Shown: piece by piece, positions 26,696-32,000 of the stretch
Numbering within the stretch: the first letter of the stretch is position 1
Layout of the letters: every line of letters starts with the position of its first letter
Assembly (NCBI GenBank): GCA_964551375.1
Contig: CAZKBG010000001.1
Span: 480,001 to 512,000, forward strand
Reading direction: 5' to 3'
DNA length: 32,000 nt
Source: an uncultured archaeon
GTDB lineage: Archaea > Iainarchaeota > Iainarchaeia > Iainarchaeales > JAAZKV01
Translations under genes and position numbers: made by a program
Notes under the pieces: model-generated
Told to the model about the DNA's origin: nothing
Databases searched by the model: none
Seen by the model: only the letters and a program-made list of their open reading frames with translations

Positions 26696-27208
26696 ATGCA
26701 AAAACTAAAACTAACCCTTCACACCGCAAAAGAAGAGGATGCCGACTTTGTTTATGAAATGATGCAAGATGAGGATTACAGGAAGCATTACCTTGAGAGA
26801 CTTATTTTTAAAAACGTGGATGACGCAAAGAGCGACATTAATCAATCTATTAAAGACGCTAAAAGAGGAACAAGATTTTACTTTATAGTAAGACGGGGAA
26901 AAGAAAATATTGGAATACTTGATGTTTATAAAATCAGCAAATCTGACAAAAAAGCATCAATAGGATATGGAATAAAAAAAGAATGTTGGGGAAGCGGGAT
27001 AGGAAGCGAAGTGTGCAAACTGGGGCTTGAATTTATTGAAAAAAAGCTGAAACTGCACTCGGTTGAAGCGACTGCTGATCCATTGAATAAAGCAAGCCAC
27101 AGAGTTCTTGAAAAAAACGGGTTTAAACTGCTCGCAACTGTAAAAGATTACTACTATGATAGAGGAAAATTCATTGACAGGGCGATTTATTGGAAAGTAT
27201 TTGAATAA
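26696..27208 (+). CDS. GNAT-family N-acetyltransferase
   Basis: ASIGYGIKKECWGSGIGSEVCKLGLEFIEKKLKLHSVEATADPLNKASHRVLEKNGFKLLATVKDYYYDRGKFIDRAIYW. Confidence 0.92.
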   Translation: MQKLKLTLHTAKEEDADFVYEMMQDEDYRKHYLERLIFKNVDDAKSDINQSIKDAKRGTRFYFIVRRGKENIGILDVYKISKSDKKASIGYGIKKECWGSGIGSEVCKLGLEFIEKKLKLHSVEATADPLNKASHRVLEKNGFKLLATVKDYYYDRGKFIDRAIYWKVFE

Positions 27209-27357
27209 ATGAGTCAGAACATTTATTCATTGGATTTGAAGAAGAGAAAGTTTCTGCAACAAAAGCGTTTTTAGAGCTAATAATATCCCAAATAAGACTT
27301 ATCTGGCAAGCCAGAACAAATGTATTAAATACAGCTATAATCAATACTAAGTGCAAT

Positions 27358-27708
27358 ATGCCAAAGAAACTATCTGTCATGCCAGATTTACTTGGAATTA
27401 CAGGACTTGAGAAAGAGATATACCTTTATGTAATTGACAACTGGCCTACTACCCCCATAGAAATTGCATTGCAGAGAAATGAAGACATATCAGACAGGGA
27501 CAAGAAAAGACGCGCAAGCACAAAATACGCTTATTATGTCAAAAAACTTGTTGGAAAAAAACTCCTTCTTTCAAAAAAAGCAGGAAACAGCATAATTGTA
27601 TGGCCCGTTTTGGCTGAAAAATACAGAACAATTCATAATATTCTGAAAAATCATGAGCCTGAGCACATCGCGGCAATAAACACTCACACAGGTGAGAAAC
27701 TTGCTTAA
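27358..27708 (+). CDS. Small winged-helix-like protein (tentative)
   Basis: LGITGLEKEIYLYVIDNWPTTPIEIALQRNEDISDRDKKRRASTKYAYYVKKLVGKKLLLSKKAGNSIIVWPV; overlaps the V4R gene by 17 nt. Confidence 0.6.
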   Translation: MPKKLSVMPDLLGITGLEKEIYLYVIDNWPTTPIEIALQRNEDISDRDKKRRASTKYAYYVKKLVGKKLLLSKKAGNSIIVWPVLAEKYRTIHNILKNHEPEHIAAINTHTGEKLA

Positions 27709-28264
27709 CACTTTTTATGATAAATTCCTATTCACTAACACCCTAAAGTACCAGCACAATAACTTCTATCTTCTTAACATGCCATTTTTGATGATGCCGG
27801 TGGATGTAATCGCCGCGCTTTTGGAAATTTCAGACACTGAATTTCAAAAAAAGATTTATACTGCAATAAAAATGCACACAAAAGAGAACCTTCTTCAGCA
27901 ATTCAGCCTTACTCTCGGAGTTGATAAAAAAAAGGAGCTTGATTTGCTCAAAGACTACTTTACCGCATCAGGATGGGGAAATTTGCAGACAATTGACCTC
28001 GAATTTGAAACAAAAAGAGCAATAATTCTTGTGGAGAACTCGCCTTTTGCAGCTGCGCTGAAAGGAAAAAGCGCTAGTCCGGTAGATACCTTCCTAAGAG
28101 GAGTGCTTGCAGGACTATTTTCAAAAATATTCAACGAAGACATTGACTGCGTGGAAGTTGAGTGCCTTGCGCAGAACAGCGAAAGGTGCAAATTCATAAT
28201 AAAACCAAAAACAGAATTTGACTTTACAAATGCAATAGTGCAACAGCAATTAAGCGCGGATTAA
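27692..28264 (+). CDS. V4R (4-vinyl reductase)-like small-molecule-binding domain protein
   Basis: SPVDTFLRGVLAGLFSKIFNEDIDCVEVECLAQNSERCKFIIKP, the characteristic V4R C-terminus. Confidence 0.82.
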   Translation: MRNLLNTFYDKFLFTNTLKYQHNNFYLLNMPFLMMPVDVIAALLEISDTEFQKKIYTAIKMHTKENLLQQFSLTLGVDKKKELDLLKDYFTASGWGNLQTIDLEFETKRAIILVENSPFAAALKGKSASPVDTFLRGVLAGLFSKIFNEDIDCVEVECLAQNSERCKFIIKPKTEFDFTNAIVQQQLSAD

Positions 28265-28266
28265 AA

Positions 28267-29550
28267 TCAAGCCTTTGAAATCTTGATTTCAGTTTTTCCG
28301 CCCATGTACTGCTGAAGAGCTTTTGGAATTCTAATAGTGCCATCCTTAGTCTGATGATTTTCAATAATTGCCCTAAGCATCCTTGGAACAGCAACTTCAG
28401 TCGCGTTTAAAGTATGGACAAATTCTTTATCATTACCTTTTCTAACCTTAATATTCAATCTTGTTGCCTGGTAAGAAGAGCAATTACTCAATGAATGTGT
28501 TTCAAAATATTTGCCCTCTCTTGGAGACCAGCACTCAATATCATATTTTTTAGAAGCAACAGTCCCAATATCCCCAGTGCAAATCTTCACAACCCTATAC
28601 GGCAGTTCCATTGCTTTTACAAATTCTTCAGCATTTTTTACAAGAACCTCATGCCACTTCGCGCTGTCCTTTGAATCACAGAAAACAATCTGCTCTACCT
28701 TGTCAAACTGATGAAGCCTAAATAGCCCTCTTTCTTCAAGCCCATGCTTTCCGCCTTCCTTTCTAAAATTCATTGAATAGCCCGTGTAAAGCAAAGGCAG
28801 ATCCTTTTCTTCAAAAGTTTCATCCATGTGCATTGCAGTCAAAGGATGCTCGGCAGTCGCAATCAGGTAATGATCTTCGCCGTCAATTTTATACATCACA
28901 CTTTCAAAATCAGCAAGGTCAGTCACACCCATATACGCTTTCTTTGTCATCATATAAGGAGGAATTACAAGCTTAAACCCCTGATTTGACAATGAATTTA
29001 TGGCAAAATTAACTATTGCGATATTTAATAGAGCCAAATCGCCTTTTAACGCATAAAATCCTTCGCCAGCAATCTTAACCGCTCTGTCAAAATCAGCAAC
29101 GCCAAGCTTAACTGCAAGCTGACCATGATGAACCACAGCAAAATCTTTTTTCTTAACTTCACCAACGGTTCTTACTACAACATTTTCATCTCCGCTCTTT
29201 CCATAAGGCACGTCATCAAGAAGCATGTTTGGAATGCTCATTAAAAGAAGCTTATTCTCTTCCTCAAGCTGCTTAACTCTCTCTTCCTTTGATTTAATCT
29301 TGGCAGGAAGCAATTTTGCTTTTTCTAAAAGCTTTTTAGTATCAAGCCCTTTGCCCTTGGCAAGCTTAATTTCTTCAGTAACAGCGTTTCTTTTTGCCCT
29401 TAGTTCATCAACTTCGGCTTTAAGAGTGCGCCACTCTTTATCCTGATTAACCCACGCGTCAAATGATGATAGGATTGCGTCATTATGTCTCTTTGACAAG
29501 TTTTCCCTAACTGCTTTAGGATTTTCTCTAATAATTTTTGGGTCAATCAA
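28267..29550 (-). CDS. serS: Seryl-tRNA synthetase
   Basis: MIDPKIIRENPKAVRENLSKRH, coiled-coil arm, YKIDGEDHYLIATAEHPLTAMH, GLFRLHQFDKVEQI, YWSPREGKYFETHSLSNCSSYQATRLNI, HTLNATEVAVPRMLRAIIENHQT. Confidence 0.96.
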   Translation of the reverse strand: MIDPKIIRENPKAVRENLSKRHNDAILSSFDAWVNQDKEWRTLKAEVDELRAKRNAVTEEIKLAKGKGLDTKKLLEKAKLLPAKIKSKEERVKQLEEENKLLLMSIPNMLLDDVPYGKSGDENVVVRTVGEVKKKDFAVVHHGQLAVKLGVADFDRAVKIAGEGFYALKGDLALLNIAIVNFAINSLSNQGFKLVIPPYMMTKKAYMGVTDLADFESVMYKIDGEDHYLIATAEHPLTAMHMDETFEEKDLPLLYTGYSMNFRKEGGKHGLEERGLFRLHQFDKVEQIVFCDSKDSAKWHEVLVKNAEEFVKAMELPYRVVKICTGDIGTVASKKYDIECWSPREGKYFETHSLSNCSSYQATRLNIKVRKGNDKEFVHTLNATEVAVPRMLRAIIENHQTKDGTIRIPKALQQYMGGKTEIKISKA

Positions 29551-29623
29551 TCATATCACCAAAATAATGATACTCCAATAAATTATTAAACGGATTTTGC
29601 CCCGGCAGGCGCAACTAATATAG

Positions 29624-29631
29624 TATATAAA
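29624..29631 (+). promoter_or_regulatory. Putative TATA box upstream of PHP-domain gene
   Basis: tatataaa about 26 nt upstream of the ATG at 29654. Confidence 0.55.
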
Positions 29632-29647
29632 CAGGATACGCGAAAAT

Positions 29648-30637
29648 ATGTGCATGAAAGGAAAAACAATACTGGCTGATTTGCACACTCATTTAAATGA
29701 GAAAAAAATTGACCCAAAAGAATGGTGGGCTGCGGTAAAACAAAAAAAGCTAAGCATAATCGCAATAACCGAACACTCATATTATTCCCCAAAAGAAGCA
29801 TATTTGAAACTAAAAAAAATCCAGCCGAAAGGAATACTGCTTATTCCAGGAGTGGAAGCTAAAACAAGCGCAGGGGATTTATTAATTTACGGAGAAGACG
29901 AAAGCATTTACGATACTGAAGATATTTTTGAAAAAGGAGTTAATGTTGACAAAGCCCTAACTGCGGTAAAGAAACATAATTTGTTGGCTAGTTTTGCCCA
30001 CCCGCACGGATTCAAACTTGACTCAATATGCGAAGCCCTTGGAGAAAAAGAAGCCCTAAAACTTGTAAAAAAATACCAAACAGGAGCAGAGTACTATAAT
30101 GGAATGCTTGCAAGCGCAAACCAACTATTGTTTGGCAGAAAAATAATAAAGAAATTTTATGGACTGCTTGATTTTATGGACCATAACAGAGCGACAAGCG
30201 GGCTTAAAATAAACAAGCCAACCCACTGGACAAAATCAAAACTGGAAAAAATTGCCCTCCAAACAATTGAAAGAGTAAGACAGGGAATGCTTTTTGCGGA
30301 AAAAGCAAAATTTATCACGGTCGGAAGCGATGCGCACTACCCAAGATCCATAGGAAGCTCGGTAATTGAGATGAAAAGAATGCCAAAAAATGAAAAAGAA
30401 TTTCTAACAATGCTCAAAAACAAAGAAATTTTGTGGGCCGGGCCAAATATTCACTCGCACAATCCGGTTGACAGAGTGGGAAGAAAAGAAATTTTTGAAG
30501 GATTAGTGTATTTAACCAAGAAAAAAATTTTAAAAAAGCCAAAAATAAGGATTGTGAAGAAAATTAGGCATAAAATCCTTCAGAGGAAAGGAATAAAAAG
30601 AAGTAAAAAGATAAGTAAGAAGGCAAAAGGTCAATAA
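29648..30637 (+). CDS. PHP-domain metal-dependent phosphoesterase
   Basis: LADLHTHLN, IAITEHSYY, GVEAKTSAGDLLIYG, FAHPHGF, VGSDAHYPRSIGS. ATG at 29654 is an alternative start. Confidence 0.9.
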   Translation: MCMKGKTILADLHTHLNEKKIDPKEWWAAVKQKKLSIIAITEHSYYSPKEAYLKLKKIQPKGILLIPGVEAKTSAGDLLIYGEDESIYDTEDIFEKGVNVDKALTAVKKHNLLASFAHPHGFKLDSICEALGEKEALKLVKKYQTGAEYYNGMLASANQLLFGRKIIKKFYGLLDFMDHNRATSGLKINKPTHWTKSKLEKIALQTIERVRQGMLFAEKAKFITVGSDAHYPRSIGSSVIEMKRMPKNEKEFLTMLKNKEILWAGPNIHSHNPVDRVGRKEIFEGLVYLTKKKILKKPKIRIVKKIRHKILQRKGIKRSKKISKKAKGQ

Positions 30638-30690
30638 TTAGGACAAAAAATTGAAAGCTTTTGTTAAAAAAATAAAAAAAGGTTGGGAAA

Positions 30691-31098
30691 ATGAAGTACG
30701 CGGTGACTGAGAGCACTAATGTTGAAAATATTCCTCGCGACACAACCGAAATTCATCTTGTAAGGCCAATTAAATGGGATAAAATCCAGACTCTTATTCA
30801 AAAATGCCCAATAAAAATGATTACTCTATCCACTTCCTGCCTTAAGCGACTTCCAAGAAAGACGCAGAAGAGATTAAAGGAAAAAGGCGTGTCAATGGCA
30901 ATAGAAAAAAGAAGAGGAAGGGCAATTGATATACCCATGGAGAAGATGCTTCAGATAATTGAGCTTAGAAAAGATTACCAGACTGTGCGAGAGATTGAAA
31001 AAATCACAGGAGTACCAAAATCAACAGTACACTATTTGATAAAATACGCTGACAGAGGAAAGATTAAGAAAGGGAATAATGTAGTTTATCTAAAATAG
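30691..31098 (+). CDS. Small HTH protein, N-terminus resembling the DUF1699 family (tentative)
   Basis: TEIHLVRPIKWDKIQTLIQKCPIKMITLSTSCLKRLPRKTQKRLKEKGVSMAI, then MLQIIELRKDYQTVREIEKITGVPKSTVHYLIKYADRGKI HTH. Confidence 0.65.
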   Translation: MKYAVTESTNVENIPRDTTEIHLVRPIKWDKIQTLIQKCPIKMITLSTSCLKRLPRKTQKRLKEKGVSMAIEKRRGRAIDIPMEKMLQIIELRKDYQTVREIEKITGVPKSTVHYLIKYADRGKIKKGNNVVYLK

Positions 31099-31193
31099 CC
31101 AAATAAAACAGCAAAAACAGCCTGATTTTAAATAAAAATTAAAAAAATAATCTCCTGAAAAGGAATTAATACCCAAAAAGCACCTAATTTATC

Positions 31194-32000
31194 ATGGCGC
31201 TTGATGCAAAAACACTTGCTTACGTAAAAACAGCCAAGAGAATTGAGAAAGAATTTGGCGTAAAAGCATGCGTTATAAGAAAAAATGAAAAAAGCATGAT
31301 TCCTTGGATTACAAGCTCTGAAGGATTTGCAATTTATATTATCGCAGGACAGGAAAAAAGGGAAATTGTTGAAAAGATACACCAAAAATATCAAATGAGC
31401 GGGGTAATGGTGCAGCACATGTACCCTGTGGAAGAAATGCTCAAAATAATAAGAGCAAATCCAGCCAGAATACGAAACGAACTTGGGGGAATGGGCTTCT
31501 TAGTTCCTTTCTTTTTCAATGAAGAAGTTTACGGCAAATACTCCGCGGAGTTCACTGAAAAATTCAAAGCGGAATTTGGACCTCAACTCAACAGGGAAAT
31601 AAACGCACGGCTTGAAAGACTTGCGCAGTCGGAAAAGCGAAGCGTAGAACAATATAATGCATTCATGAGAAGAGTAAAAGAAAGAGAAAAAAGGCTTGTA
31701 GGGCCGATTGAAGAAAGAGACTTAAGCAGACAAATGAAGGAAATGGCTGAACACATAAACAAAAAGAAAGGAAAAGTGCTCATTGTTCTTGACAAATCAG
31801 GAAGGCCGCTTGGAATACCATTAAAGAAAATTCTTAGAGAAGCATACAAGCGGGATGTGAAGGTATTTTTCCTCGACCCAAAAAAAGCACGTGTGGCAGG
31901 AATTGAAAAACTAACCCTTGCAAGCGAAAGCGCAAAAACTCTTGCAAAAGAGCACCCTTATTTAGTAAAAGCTGTAAGAAACAAGCAAGTAATGCTTGTG
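31194..32000 (+). CDS. Hypothetical protein, open at the window edge (missing from the ORF track)
   Basis: Continuous open frame from ATG 31194: MALDAKTLAYVKTAKRIEKEFGVKACVIRKNEKSMIPWITSSEGFAIYIIAGQEKREIVEKI...KGKVLIVLDKSGRPLGIPLKKILREAYKRDVKVFFLDPKKARVAG...; no stop before 32000. Confidence 0.8.
   Translation, partial: MALDAKTLAYVKTAKRIEKEFGVKACVIRKNEKSMIPWITSSEGFAIYIIAGQEKREIVEKIHQKYQMSGVMVQHMYPVEEMLKIIRANPARIRNELGGMGFLVPFFFNEEVYGKYSAEFTEKFKAEFGPQLNREINARLERLAQSEKRSVEQYNAFMRRVKEREKRLVGPIEERDLSRQMKEMAEHINKKKGKVLIVLDKSGRPLGIPLKKILREAYKRDVKVFFLDPKKARVAGIEKLTLASESAKTLAKEHPYLVKAVRNKQVMLV

Noticed and set aside
27171-27380. Minus-strand ORF (69 aa) between GNAT and wHTH genes
   Set aside because: Overlaps both flanking genes and lacks an identifiable promoter or motif; too weak to call although it has a hydrophobic stretch.
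31128-31418. Minus-strand ORF (96 aa)
   Set aside because: Antisense to the long open + strand frame from 31194; Phe/Asn-rich and without a recognisable motif.
1-32000. CRISPR array, transposon or phage genes
   Set aside because: No regularly spaced repeats, terminal inverted repeats, transposase, integrase or capsid-like proteins were visible; most genes are housekeeping.

Overview
This is an archaeal chromosomal segment. Evidence: Nop5/fibrillarin pair, NMD3, beta-CASP RNase, class I LysRS, archaeal-type TrpRS and GlyRS, and TATA-box promoters close to start codons. The compact, partly reduced proteins hint at a DPANN-type genome, but that is inference. The window is densely packed with informational genes: four aminoacyl-tRNA synthetases (Gly, Lys, Trp, Ser), two tRNAs (Arg-CCT, Trp-CCA), C/D RNP proteins, thiol-redox genes, a FIST-domain sensor, a tight 5-gene KaiC-like/roadblock-like/FAD-reductase operon, and two separate pairs of diverged uncharacterised paralogs. 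I see no CRISPR array, transposon or prophage. The best leads are: (1) a class I LysRS fused in frame to a C-terminal B3/B4-type tRNA-editing domain; (2) a Nop5 lacking its N-terminal fibrillarin-binding domain; (3) tandem paralogs of an unknown family with a D...DxK signature suggesting a PD-(D/E)XK-like fold; (4) the KaiC-like/membrane/roadblock-like/two-reductase operon converging on a FIST sensor; (5) an unassigned structured RNA upstream of tRNA-Trp and trpS; (6) an abrupt base-composition break inside the wHTH regulator gene near 13200. All family calls come from reading motifs; no database search was run.
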